From: Octopus sinensis
Taxonomy: Eukaryota
Length of the DNA: 64,000 bases
Direction: 5' to 3'
Assembly (NCBI RefSeq): GCF_006345805.1
Contig: NW_021832837.1
Coordinates: forward strand, 1 to 64,000
In this document: positions 24,308 to 36,442 of the stretch, in pieces
How positions within the stretch are numbered: the first letter of the stretch is position 1
How the letters are laid out: every line of letters starts with the position of its first letter
Translations under genes and position numbers: made by a program
The notes under the pieces: generated by a model
Told to the model about the DNA's origin: nothing
Database searches by the model: none
What the model saw: only the letters and a program-made list of their open reading frames with translations

Positions 24308-25536
24308 TATGATAATGCAATTAAATATAATCAGTCGAACTTGTCTAAACCTGATGAGACCATAAAAATCTCTCGGTTTATATAGGAGTCAGGTTTATCG
24401 AGGTTTTGAGATTCATGAAAGGCATCATATAATTTTTTTTAGTTTCTGAAAGAAATATGAAGAAAAAAAAGTTTTATAAAAAACATTTTAAATAAGATTC
24501 TATTTTCGCTAAAGATTGTGAATTTAAAAAGGCTGCAAAAATTGGTACTAAAGAAAATGGCCGGTATAGGAAGAGGTGGCTTTAACGAATATTGTTGTTT
24601 ATTAAAAAATTGAATAACAAAGAGCATAAGTTTAATTGTTACCCTATAAAATCAGATAATGAACACAATTCAGATTTTAAAAAAACTTAAAAATAATGAT
24701 ATCTTTAAACCATTAGACGAAAAAAGACAGAAATTATTTAAATAAACGTTAGAATTATAAAATCTACAAAATTGGAATTAATGATTCTTAGTGTATTTGA
24801 CTCGGATTTTATGATTAATACGATCTTTAATACTTTTTTATTATAATTTCTAGTGTTAAGAGCACCTCCAAATAACAGTTTTATTAAAACTTAATTAAAA
24901 AACCCCGTATATGACACAATGCAAAACATTAAAAGTTTCAACTATTTATTTTAAAATTTTAGCTAGTCCCGAGATATTAACATTTTTGATTACATTTTTT
25001 CCATATCTTCTAAATCATAATTATATAATTCTTGATTAATCACTGTATACATATTTTTGTGTATTTCATCATACAAAGGATACTTTCTGTTTGAAACATT
25101 TCCATCATAATCATGTCTAATAATCACTTTTGTCGGATATCTTCTCTCATTATGTTGTAGAAACTATTCCTCCACATACTACTAATTATATCTTGGCCAA
25201 AATAGTTTTTATTATGCTCAGACTTGTGCCGGTCACAGTTAATACCAAAAAAATAATTCTTGAATTTCCAAAATATTTTCATGTAATAGATTAGTTTTAT
25301 TTTTGACAATCATTGAAATTGTTGGATCGCTCGCAGCGCTTGATCACTATAGCGCTTGCAACATAATAACGTAAAAATATTTAAATTCAAGCATTTACCC
25401 TATAAAATCAGATACCGAATACAATTCAGAAAGTTCTAGGAAAATAAACAATGTTTACTTGAGAACTCAGTAAGAAAATTACAATTAAAAAATATGAGTC
25501 CGTAAATCTAAAGTTATTAAAAAGTTATTAAAAAAG

Positions 25537-25972
25537 TTAAAGCGGCCATTTCCATTGATCTGAGGGAGCTCTTTCAACCAATTCTTTCCAGGCTTCATAT
25601 TTAACAAATTTACGAGCGAGATCAAGCTCAGAATTAGCCTGATCAATCAAGTATCAAATAATACTTGTTCAATCAACTCTTCAACTTGTCCACAGCCAAT
25701 TGAGTTTTCTAAGTTTATAACATCTGCATTCCAATGTTTGGTGACTGCAGTCAGCCTTTGATTGACAATTTTCTCGGTTGCTTGTCGATAATAAGCGTCG
25801 TGGGGAATCTTTTGAAGAACTCGCAATATATTTTGATATGTGTTTTTTAAAACCTGAATAAATTAAACTAAGTAACAACATCGTGGGGATGTTCTGATAC
25901 GGATAAACCTGTGAGTCCAGTTGTCTTAAATTATAAAATATTATTCACAACCTTTTTAATAAATCTAGACAT
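25537..25972 (-). CDS. NDUFA5: NADH:ubiquinone oxidoreductase subunit A5 (B13), 4 exons
   Basis: Spliced MSRFIKK|TTGLTGLSVSEHPHD|VLKNTYQNILRVLQKIPHDAYYRQATEKIVNQRL...GCGQVEELIEQ|ANSELDLARKFVKYEAWKELVERAPSDQWKWPL*; introns of 27, 26 and 26 nt. Confidence 0.95.
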
Positions 25973-26100
25973 ACAGAAAAGTATACCAAGTAACAAAACC
26001 TGAATATAAATGAGAATTATTTAATTCAATTTGAAATAATTTAAACAAATTTAATTAAAATTTAACTAAAATAATTTGTTACAAACCTTTTTTCAAAGTA

Positions 26101-27282
26101 CAGTATAACCTCCATTTGGGGCAGACCTCTGGCTTGGGGAACCTCTATTTTTGGGGAAACCTCTATTTTTGGGGTAGTTTGAAAAGGATATAATTTTTAT
26201 GCGGTAATTTCCAAATTTAGAAATTACCGGAACCTCTAAGTGGGGCACAGGATTTTTATTTATATACATATTTGCTATTAAAATTAAAATTAATTATATA
26301 AAATTTCATTTGGAAGCCTCGTGTAATTTTTGTATTCTTGTTGTTATGGCTCGTAAGCTTAGTCTTGAGTTAAAGATCAAAATTGCCAAGGAATTAAGTG
26401 AAAATAAACATCTTACTGAACGAGATATTGTAGATAAGTACAAAATTAGTAAAGGTTTTTTATTAATGTAAGTTTTTAGGCGCTGTGTCACGTATTAAAA
26501 AAAATTATCTCAATTTTTTTAATACTGGGGCTGTTCAAACAGATTTTCCCAGAAATATTCAACGCTCTCCTCATACTTTATCCCAAAAATTGGATAAAAT
26601 TGTTTTTGAGGCTTTCACCAAGACAAGGGAAGAATTTATTCCTGTGTCCGGTCTTCGTCAAATAAATCTTCGTCATGTCATAATAATTGTTGGAAAAACA
26701 TGGCAAAATTTAAATCCTGAAACAATAACGAATTGTTGGGAAACAATTAATAACTATCGGCAACAGATTCCTAGTTCAAATTTTTTAGTTAACAGTGAGA
26801 AAGAAAATTTGGACACGATAATTGCAGACGTAATTGCTGAAAATGAAGAAGAAAATAATGATAAGTCAATATATGACCAAACTGAATGCAACTGTTCACA
26901 CTTGGACACGATAACAGCAATGAATAACCTTGAAGAATATTCACCGTTTGTTTCCCGATGCGTTAAAAGACTATTACAATTTCAGAAAATATTGGGCATA
27001 CATATGAAGAAATCTGCAACAGAAACAAAATAATAACAGATTATTTTCGTGTAATAGAATAAAAATTTTTTTCTACTTGAAAAATACTCTATTATCAATA
27101 AATTAGTGGAAAACATGTTTAAATGTTCTTAAAAATATTTATTTATTTATAATTAATGAAAAATATGCTAAAACTATTAAAATTTTTATAAAATAAAGAA
27201 AATTTCAGACCTCCATTTTTGGGGAAACCTCTATTTTTGGGGCAATTTTTCAAAATTGATGCCCCAAATGGAGGTTATACTG
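26101..27282 (+). mobile_element. pogo/Tigger family B element, internally deleted
   Basis: Perfect TA-flanked TIR CAGTATAACCTCCATTTGGGGCA. HTH remnant (ENKHLTERDIVDKYKISKG) and DDE_1 C-terminal remnant INLRHVIIIVGKTWQNLNPETITNCW. Confidence 0.9.
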
Positions 27283-27587
27283 TAACATTATAAGTTCTTT
27301 GTAAATTTTAGCATTTTTCTTACAAAATTTTTTTTTTAAATTTAGAAATTAATCTCAGGGGAACTAAGCCGTTGACAAATTAAAATAACAAACAAATCAA
27401 AAATAAAAAAACAAGATATCTGAGAATCGAATGCAAATTGAAGATGTAGACTCTTAAAGTGATAAAATTTTATTAAAATTTTTATTTGGATTTCCATTTG
27501 TTTCTAATATTTTAAAATGATTTAGAAATTTCTTTCCGTTTAAAAAAAATTATTACCCCTCATTAAAAATTAGTTAAAATAATATAA

Positions 27588-28675
27588 TTAACTACAAAAT
27601 AAATAAATCGGAATTTTTTGAAAAAATACTATACCGCCAATCTCAACCAAAACACCACAATAAAAATCTAAAATAAAACCCCAAAACCTACCCAATTCAA
27701 ATAAAGAGTTGACAGGTCTGGCTACACAGAGAAATCTCGGTAAAAAGAATTCGAAAGGAACCTCATAATCACACTGAATATCTCCACTAATAACAGTATT
27801 TGAGAAAACCTCACTCTCTGCAAACTTACCAAGAAAATAAAAACCTCTCATACATTGATACTCTACAATTTTCTCTTTCCTTATTATATTCACATCAATT
27901 TTCTGAAGGGGAGCATTTTTTTTCATAACAGAAATCTGTTTTATATATTAAAAGTATATTACATATCCATTAAAAGGTAATTTAAGATTGTGGTTGGTAG
28001 AATACAAATTCAATTTGATATTAAACGAAACATTCCCCTTAAAATAAATATATAAACTAAACTTTGGATGACTCACAGTCCATAGAATATTGCGTGAGAG
28101 AAATACAGAAAGGATTGATTTTAAGACCAGTCACAGTGCCACTTGACCGGATACAAAACACATTTACAGACTCACTTAAATTTTTGCTGAAAGTAGACCG
28201 TTTGACAATTACTGTTAGCCTATACTGACAAATAGTTTTTAATTTTAGTGATTTGGTATATTCAGGATTGATACCTGCACAGACATGAGCAGTCCTAAAT
28301 AACTGTCGTATAATATTTCGCTGGGAGAAGGCTTTAGTTGAACTGAGAAAGGTATTTTGAATTCACCTGGTTGTATACGAGCTCCAGATGATATGACATT
28401 ACATATTTTTAAAAATGAGCGCGTCTATTAATATTATATTGAGAATAACAGTTGCAGATTCGGCGTCAATTAATCCATTAGTTCTGTAATTGTCCGAATC
28501 GTATATAAAAACACCTTCCACTTCCAAAATTACACTGTTAAATGTCATTACTGAGGGAGTTTTGATTAAAGCAACTCCTTCGATTAAGTCCTATTGCTTT
28601 AATTTTATAATTAATCACATTTTCTTTGTAGAATCTGTTTGGTTTATAAAATGCGACAGACAAAGCAGTACTCAT
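27588..28675 (-). CDS. VPS26C: Vacuolar protein sorting 26C / DSCR3 (Retriever subunit, arrestin fold), multi-exon
   Basis: Spliced MSTALSVAFYKPNRFYKEN|DLIEGVALIK..VILEVEGVF, PGEFKIPFSVQL..ILYDSYLGLLMSVQ|YRLTVIVKRSTFSKNL and GDIQCDYEVPFEFFLPRFL resemble DSCR3 as recalled (MGTALDIKIKRANKVY.., LYETYHGVFVNIQY, GDVCRGLSVPIYMVFPRL); introns include 28, 23 and 50 nt. Confidence 0.85.
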
Positions 28676-28773
28676 TTAAATAGATTCTTTAATTTATTTA
28701 ACCTTAAAATAAATACAAGTTTATTAATAAAAAAATCGTTTTAACAATAAGAAAACTTGAGAAGTCTATAAAA

Positions 28774-29760
28774 CAGGAATTCCAAACATGTGGCCTTCTG
28801 CATATATAGGTGCGGCCCGCGAAATATAAAATATAAAATATTTTTAATTTTAATTATTTTTGTATTAATTAGTTTATTGTAAATTTTATTTGACAATTTC
28901 ACGTGTTTCTTCTGGAACTAAAAACGGTGCTTGAGAAAAGAGGGTGTTTTAAAAAATGGGAACTTCTCTATTTTTGTGCAACGATTGATGCAAAAATACA
29001 TTTTTTGATATGTAGCCAGTTAATCGCTATACCGAAAGAATATAATTTAAAAAGGCATTAATATATCTCATACGATTATTTTGAAGTTACTAAGTTGTTT
29101 ATTAACCAAAAGTACAATTGCAAAGCTTAATGAATTACGAAACAATCTGACTTTGTCACAGGCTCATTTTACAAAAATCACAATTGAAGTACTGCATCAG
29201 TTACTGCAAGTTATGAAATCACCAGAATGCTTGCAATGAATGGGAAATCATATTCTGATGGCGATTTCATCAAACAATGTCCTGTGAACACAGCCAAAAT
29301 TATTTGTCCTGATAATCGCATTTGTTTAGAGATTTCTTTGACCAGAAATATAGTTGCCGAACATATCAAAGAAATGTCTTTGCATTTGAAAAAGCGATTA
29401 AAATACGAATTTTTGAAATTTGAATATTTTTCATCTGCGATCGATGAAACAGTCGACATTATTGGAATTGTACTTTTTTCGGCCTTTGACTCAGATTTTA
29501 ATTTTCGAACTGGCATCAATGCACGATACTACTAAAAGTAAAGATATCTTTGTAAAACTACAACAAATTCTCTTTGACTATGAATTTCGTTTAAGGAAGC
29601 TTGTATGCTTGTGCACCGATGGTGTTCGTAATATGCCTGGAGTTGCTGCTAAATTGCGAGTTGAAATAGAAAAGTTAAATCCTGGCTCATTATTTGCACA
29701 TTTTCATTGTATTATTCATCAGCAAAATTTGTGCTCAAATTATTTTTACCCCATTCACTA
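28774..29760 (+). mobile_element. hAT transposon remnant, GTF2IRD2/SPIN-like
   Basis: Left end CAGGAATTCCAAACATGTGGCC..GCGGCCCGCG. Remnants KWELLYFC..PKEYNLKRH, SYSDGDFIKQC, AIDETVDI, CTDGVRNM and HCIIHQQNLC; right end not found. Confidence 0.8.
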
Positions 29761-32171
29761 ATTTACCGATTAGTCACTCACGTGGATCCAGGCAGTCCTG
29801 CAGGTATTCATATATACTGCCTGGATTTCTGTAGTGAAGAATGGCCATAACCCTGCTGCTCCTGGAGGTCAGGCCTTCAGACTGTCAGAGATTGGTCAAA
29901 AGCTGGATGAAGACTTAAAAGGGGCCATTTCTTGACAAATGAACTGAGCGGATAAAGATGCTATTTGGCAGTTTGGGGAGGTTAAATCGGGCTACTCGAG
30001 GCTGATTTATGCGGCACATGACAAATATCCAGTCATTGCACTTAATTTTGTTGAAAATGGTGATTTCGCAGGATGCGAAAAGAGAGCAAATGGACCTCAC
30101 CAGAGAAATCACAAGACGTAGGAGAATTTGGATTGGCCACCGCACTAAACCCGCGGGAACAAAGGAACACCTTGCCTTTCGAGCAATGTAGGAGGTGTGC
30201 CACAACGACTTGATACCCATATTGTACACATAGAGAGAACGTAAGTCAAAATTGGTATCCTTCAGCAGAGTTAATAAGGAATCCTGAAACCCATCATCCC
30301 CGAGAACAGTCAATTCGCCAAAATATAAGTAGTCTTACTGTCCTCTCCCCAAACAATTACTATTTTTCTCATTTTCTACCATTTTGGTAATAAAAATCTT
30401 AGTAGGTTTAATTTGCCTTTTCGAGATCATAAATAAGCACTCAACCTCCTTAGGGACACTGAAATTGCACTTCAGGAAATAGTTGCAATTAGAAACATAA
30501 GTAATTACAAGTACAGGTCAAATAGCATTCTTTGGGTCACAAATATATATAGAATAAATTATTGGAAAACATAATCTGGACTCCCAAGTGTATTTTACTC
30601 AAGCAACAAGATAAAGAGTAATCAAAACAAGTTGTTATAACCACAAAAAGTCGCAAATTGCTAATAAATTCAATCAATGTCATGGTACGTCGTCCTCCAT
30701 TATAACTGACGATTAAACCAGTCATTCCAGGTTTCAAATAGTTTTCCTGTGAATCATTCGAGAATACAACAGAAGCAATATCAAGGTTTACATAGGGGAA
30801 TGACTTGTCCACAATGAATTCCTCAAAACTCAACCACAGAACAAATCACTCTCAGGAACGCAGCATCTGTACATGAATTACCCTCAGAAGAATTGGAAAT
30901 AATGTTCAGATCTGCCAATTTAGCTTTTCTCATTTTTGTTGCATAAGAATCAAAGTGGAGCATTCTCCAAACACGGTCCTCACTCAAAATAGACGGCTAC
31001 AATAAGACATTGATCACGTACATTCAAGAAGGACTGCTAATACACATCCGACTGAGAGGTTTAGGATAAGATAAATTCAAGTTTATTAATAACATTTTAT
31101 TTTAAAAATAAGAGATGTTGAGAAGTCTATAAAGCAACCACACCGTTGATTTTTTGAATCCCGAGACCTCTCCTCGTTTTATTACACTAATAATGCTGAC
31201 TGAAACTCTTAATTTTTCTTATTTCCGATAATTGCCTTGATAACTTAATCGTTATAGTTTTCATCTGTTTTCAATAATCACACATTCTAAATTTTTCTGA
31301 TTTTCACTGACTGAATATATCCTTTGGACTAAAAATCTATATTAAATCTTGGCATAAAAGGTTTGTATATTTGGTCACCACTTCAACCCCATATCGAATA
31401 TCTCGATTTTTCCGTTCTGAATTTCAGCAAGTTTTCAAGTAATTAGATTCCAGGTGTTGAGCTTTTCTACTTTCACATGCTTTAAAGGTCATTGTGATTT
31501 AATTTTTTATTTTGATGAGTACTAGGGAGTTTTCTCAACAGTAGAGAGGTTACACCTTCGAAAAATTATAATCAGTATTCTGCTCAACAGACCATTACCA
31601 AACCGAATAGTTTAAAGAAAGTGAGTCTCTTTACAGATAAGATTTAAATTCTATTTTTATTAGTTTACAATACCGCAGAAACTCCAGGCTCATTGATTAC
31701 TTATATTAAAATTCATAATTGACAGAATCAAATGTCTTCTTCACATTCATCCAAATAGCAAATAGTTAATGTCCATCTTAGTATTGACAAAATAGTTTAT
31801 ATGCGCTTTTTTACTATGAAGCTCAACGTTGCCCGCTAACTTCGAGCTGATTATCTAAAATAAAATTAAATGTTTTAATATAGTTGGTAAGTTTTGTATT
31901 TTTACACTTAATGACAAGTTTATATAATCTAGGCATACAGATAATCAGTCTCTTATCTTTTGGGACACGGCACTTTTTATTTTTTGTAATAAGGCATGTT
32001 ACTCGATGCACATCCAATTATCAGGGAAATTGTCTCCATTCTCAATTTCATAAATTTTGTCACATTAATGACAATAAGAGATTCTAACTTAATATAAAAT
32101 CCACAAACTCAGTATCAGACAGATTTCTTCCAATCGGATAAATAATAAAATTAACGGATAACTCCAAATAT

Positions 32172-32411
32172 TTTTTTTTTAGGATAATTTTTTTTTTTAA
32201 GTATATAAAGACCAAATAAAGTTTTAATTAATTAGTATGACCCTAGGATAGCGTGTGAATTTCCGCGGACAATTGCACACGAAATCCTCTGGAAGAGCCA
32301 CGACGTCTCCCGCGGATCACCTGTTTTTTTGGTGATTAGACCACCCAATCTTCGAATGAACGAAAAACTCTCTGTTCCAAAGACTCCGGAAGTCTCCACA
32401 GCGATCGGCTG
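32172..32411 (-). mobile_element. CRE-like RLE retrotransposon 3' fragment (copy A) with poly(A) tail
   Basis: Minus translation QPIAVETSGVFGTESFSFIRRLGGLITKKTGDPRETSWLFQRISCAIVRGNSHAILGSY*; 9-bp TSD TCCAAATAT (32163-32171, 32412-32420). Confidence 0.88.
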
Positions 32412-32491
32412 TCCAAATATATTGTCAAAATTGAATGTTGCATCTTCATTTCGTCATAATATTTAATAATATGAGTCATAGTATTTGGAGT

Positions 32492-33757
32492 GGATCAAAC
32501 TCTGTCCGAAAAAACCTCGAATCTCATATCTTTGTCCAGTAAGCTCACGACAATTGATTCCCATGCGGCTTTATTTCTATTGAAGAATTGCTTCGCGATC
32601 CCCAAGCTAATGTTCACCCTCCGAAGTGCCCCCTGTTTTACAAATCACGTGGGCCTCTTCAGCTTCGACCGTGCCCTCAGGGCATGCCTCGAAGCAATTT
32701 GTAATGCCCCGTTTGATGACCTCGGCTGGGAGCAGGCAATCCTCCCGGTTAGCCACGGTGGCATCGGTGTGCGCTCTGCCGCCGATCTTTCCCTGCCAGC
32801 ATTTCTTTTCTCTGTTCACGCCACCAGCTCTCTGGTCCACGAGATTCTCCAATCCGCTATTGAATCTCCCGTGGACACTGAGTTCTCTTCGGCTGTCAGA
32901 TGCTGGTCCGCTAATGGTCTCAAAGTTCCTGATGATTCGACCAAACAGCGGCAGTGGGACGGAATTTATTCGGACCACAAGTTTTTCCTCCCCAAGTGTA
33001 AACTTGATCAACACCGCCTGGGCTGCCTGCTTGCTGGGTCCCAAAAGTATTCAGGAGCCTGGCTGACAGCTATCCCAATGGTATCAGTCGGGACATTACT
33101 GGATAACGAATGCCTCCGCATCGCAGTCTCTCTGCGCTTGGGATTAAACATCTGCCGTGAACATCAATGCCGCTGCGGCCAGATGATTGACACCCTAGGA
33201 CTGCACCCGCTATCCTGCCGGCGTAGCGCTGGACGTTTCCCTCGACACTCTGGGCTTAATGATGTGGTGAGCCGCGCCCTGGCATCTGCGGGATTCCCTA
33301 ATGTGCTGGAACCAGTCGGGTTGGATCGCGGAGATGGAAAGCGCCCAGATGGCATGACAACATTTCCCTTCGATCACGGGAAATGCCTCATCTGGGACGC
33401 GACATGCTCCGACACATTCTCCCCGCATAACCTGATTTCATCAGTTGCTGAGCCCGGCTCAGCGGCAAGACATGCGGAGGTCACAAAAACAAGAAAATAC
33501 TCGTACCTGGCCAGAAACCACATTTTTGCGCCAGTAGCCGTGGAGACATCCGGGGTCATCGGCCCAGAATCGCTTTCTTTCCTTCGTCGGCTGGGGTTGA
33601 AGATTGCCAGACGAAACAAAGATCCCAACGAGACTCGTCATCTTTTCCAAAGAGTCTCGTTGGCGATCGTCCGAGGGAACTGCCAGGCCATCTTATGCGC
33701 CGGCAGTTCAAAATAACTGCATTGTCTAATGTCTTTATTGTCGTATAAATTAGTTTC
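32492..33757 (+). mobile_element. CRE-like RLE retrotransposon, 5'-truncated (copy B), open ORF of ~408 aa
   Basis: ORF 32490-33716 has the RT thumb (LPVSHGGIGVR), CCHC-like CRCG..LHPLSC..RH and RLE motif KRPDG..WDATCSDT..KTRKY; 11-bp TSD GTATTTGGAGT (32481-32491, 33758-33768). Confidence 0.93.
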
Positions 33758-34485
33758 GTATTTGGAGTTATCCGTTTTATTTAAAACATTTAGTGATGAT
33801 CAAAGGACTAGGTAAACCAGTTAATTTTAATTCCAGTGACTCCCGATGCACTTTGCAAGCGACGGAAATCTTCTGGAAAGGTTCGATTCTGCCCACAATG
33901 TTTTCTGGGGTTAGTTATATTATTAAATAAAGTGATAAGTTCAAAATGACATAATTATAAAATTTAAGGTTGACATAATTATATTAGTATTTATAAAATG
34001 ATATCTTTAAATTAGTTTCTAGAATTTAAAGAATAGCAAACTACAATTTTATGACACATGAGGCCTATTAGTGTTTTCTTTTTTCTTTCAACACTATTCC
34101 ACAACCTTGATATTCAGCATATGTATTAAAAAATAAGTTTTTTGATTTTTTGGTCGAGAAAATGAAGAGAGGAATTTGTAAAATTTGTCAAAAATATTAG
34201 TAAAATGATGAACCTTTGATATTTTTAAACTCAAAAAAACTCCATATAAATATTAAATTTGACCATAAACCTGACTTTTTAAAGATAATTTGAAGTTTTT
34301 CAGGTTCTTAACGTTTTCTCAAAAAGTCTAAGAATTATTGTTTAATAACTTGAAAATCATTTTAAATATTCGAACAAAAGTAAATTATATAAAATTTTTC
34401 TTTTTACGTTATTTTTTCAAATAATTCTGATTTAAATAAATTAATAGATTTTTTAATCAAAGAATTATAAATTTACCTGACAAGA

Positions 34486-35250
34486 ATGTCGACTGTTCTA
34501 ATTACAGTGAAATGCAGCAGTTCAGGATTTGGTTTTGGTGTTGATACGGTTTCAAAATCAAAAAAACATTTTGTCTCTGAAATTTTTCCAAATTCACCTG
34601 CGTCATTCACAAACTTAGAAATCAACGATATAATATTAGAAATTAATAATAAAAATGTTCAAAACAAATCACATAATTATCTCGCAAAACAAATTAAAAA
34701 ATCCACCGGAGAAATTCTATTGCTAGTAAAAAGATTTGAAGTTGTAGAAATCGAAGAAACGAAACTTTCAACAAACAGAGCAGAAAGTATATCACTTCCT
34801 ATAGATACGAAAAATTATTCACCTAGAATATGCCAGATTGCAATATGGAACGGGGAAGATCTGGGAATTCAAATAATCAAGAAAGATCCTGAAAACGGTT
34901 TCTTTATTGTCAATGTGGATGAAAATTCACCAGCGGATGTTGCAGGAATTAGAAACAATGATATTATATTGGAAATCGACTCTATCTCAGTAAAGAATAT
35001 GAATTTTGAAGATGTTTTGCAAGCAATAAAAATTAATTGGGGAACAGTCAGTATTTTAGTTGCGGATGAAAATACTTTCAAACATTTCAGAAATTCTGGT
35101 GCTGAGATTTCTAGTTCAATGAAAAATATCAAAATTTTAAAAAACTACAAACAGTGGAGTTATAAAAACTGGCTTTTCACAATTGATAGCAATTCACTTC
35201 ATTCTCGACTAGTCCGCACAAAGCCGGGATTTAACATAACCTCTCTTTAA
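34486..35250 (+). CDS. NHERF-like two-PDZ protein
   Basis: PDZ1 SSGFGFG..NSPAS..LEINDIILEINN and PDZ2 PRICQI..NSPADVAGIRNNDIILEID..VSILVADENTFKHF; ends NITSL. No intron is needed within the ORF. Confidence 0.82.
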   Translation: MSTVLITVKCSSSGFGFGVDTVSKSKKHFVSEIFPNSPASFTNLEINDIILEINNKNVQNKSHNYLAKQIKKSTGEILLLVKRFEVVEIEETKLSTNRAESISLPIDTKNYSPRICQIAIWNGEDLGIQIIKKDPENGFFIVNVDENSPADVAGIRNNDIILEIDSISVKNMNFEDVLQAIKINWGTVSILVADENTFKHFRNSGAEISSSMKNIKILKNYKQWSYKNWLFTIDSNSLHSRLVRTKPGFNITSL

Positions 35251-36442
35251 TCTTCGCTTTTAGTTAACGATATGGTTTATTCGCACTGCTGTTTTAGCGA
35301 GTCTAACTCCTCCTCCAAAAAAATTCCCCGAAATGCAGGGGTGCACTTAAATAGGAGGGGTTTTGTGGTCAATATTATTTCATTAAATGTTTTTCAAACC
35401 AAACATCTTCCTCTTTGATAGGTCGTTTATCCCATCGGGACTTCTGCTGCTGTTTACTGCAAAGATCTCTTTAGGTCTCAATTGAAAGTGAAATCCAGCA
35501 GTACGGAGTGACGAACGGATGGCTAGTTTTAGTTCTCTATTCCCCGATGAGAGTCCAATTTTGTAGACATAATAGAAAGTGGTAGTCGAGCTCGTCGGCT
35601 TGTACGCCGCATCGGCGTTGGTGTTTGGTCGATACGGGCAGTCTGATCTGTGGCAGATTCCAATCCTCACGGATTTGTCGTCATATAGGCTACCAGTTGT
35701 CTCACAAAAGCAAGAGTCAACCAGCGTTCAGGGGCTGGCTGCTCATTTTTTCACCATGTCAGTTGCCTCGTTCAATTTTTCTTAGCTTTGGCGTAAATTA
35801 GAATTGTAAAGTCGCATCCGATGAAATAGGCAAACACAGTTTCTTCAAAATGGCAAGAAAATCATTAAAACAAAATGATATCCTCTGTCCATTGTAATAA
35901 GAGAGAATAGTGTCAATCATTTCTCCGGACGAAAGCATTGAAGAAAAGTACACCCCATGTGCTAAATCAGCTAAAGTAATCAGACCGATCCCTCCAAAGG
36001 AAACTAGTAGAATGGCTTGCCTGTGCATCAAAGCAGATGTTTAAAATGTTTTCTGCACAGGTCTTTATGAATTGAGCGTAAAAATCACTAAAAATAAAAA
36101 CAATATAGTTCCATAAATTGTCCTAAAATTGTTCTTGAAATATTTCTGGAAATTTGGGAATTTTGAAATTGTTAAAATTTCAACTTTTTGGGACAATTAA
36201 ATTTCCAATACTTACAAGAATAAGGTTTCCTGTGGTCCAAAGAAGGGTCGGACTCTATCTGGTTTCAAAAAATTTTCAATTGTCAATTTACTGTTTTTAT
36301 CAAAATATTTTCTCTTCATTTCAAAACAAAAAAAAAAATTTCAAAACATAGATGCTTTAGAATTAATATGACTTAAATAAAAATAAATTTTAAATTATTT
36401 TGTAATTGTTAATCTATAACAAAAAAGTAATTCTAAAATAAT

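Larger units (their letters stand above)
32153..33776. repeat. Reconstructed 98-bp element bounded by a perfect 18-bp inverted repeat, each arm interrupted by a CRE-like insertion
   Basis: AACGGATAACTCCAAATA (32153-32170) and TATTTGGAGTTATCCGTT (33759-33776). Removing both inserts and one TSD copy each leaves the arms 62 nt apart. Confidence 0.85.

Noticed and set aside
24345-24385. Hammerhead ribozyme core at CTGATGAG..CTC
   Set aside because: The putative stem II is followed by GGTT rather than GAAA, and no stem III/NUH is present.
29783-29830. 11-bp inverted repeat ATCCAGGCAGT/ACTGCCTGGAT as an ncRNA or element end
   Set aside because: It is an isolated hairpin with no second copy, TSD or RNA-family motif; not enough support.
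29915-31060. Trypsin-like protease remnants on the minus strand (LDIASVV, LKPGM, SGFLIN)
   Set aside because: The motifs are weak, in the wrong order, and lack AAHC/GDSGG.
33835-33885. tRNA or tRNA-derived SINE (GGTTCGATTC B-box-like motif)
   Set aside because: No acceptor stem, D arm or A box could be folded around it.
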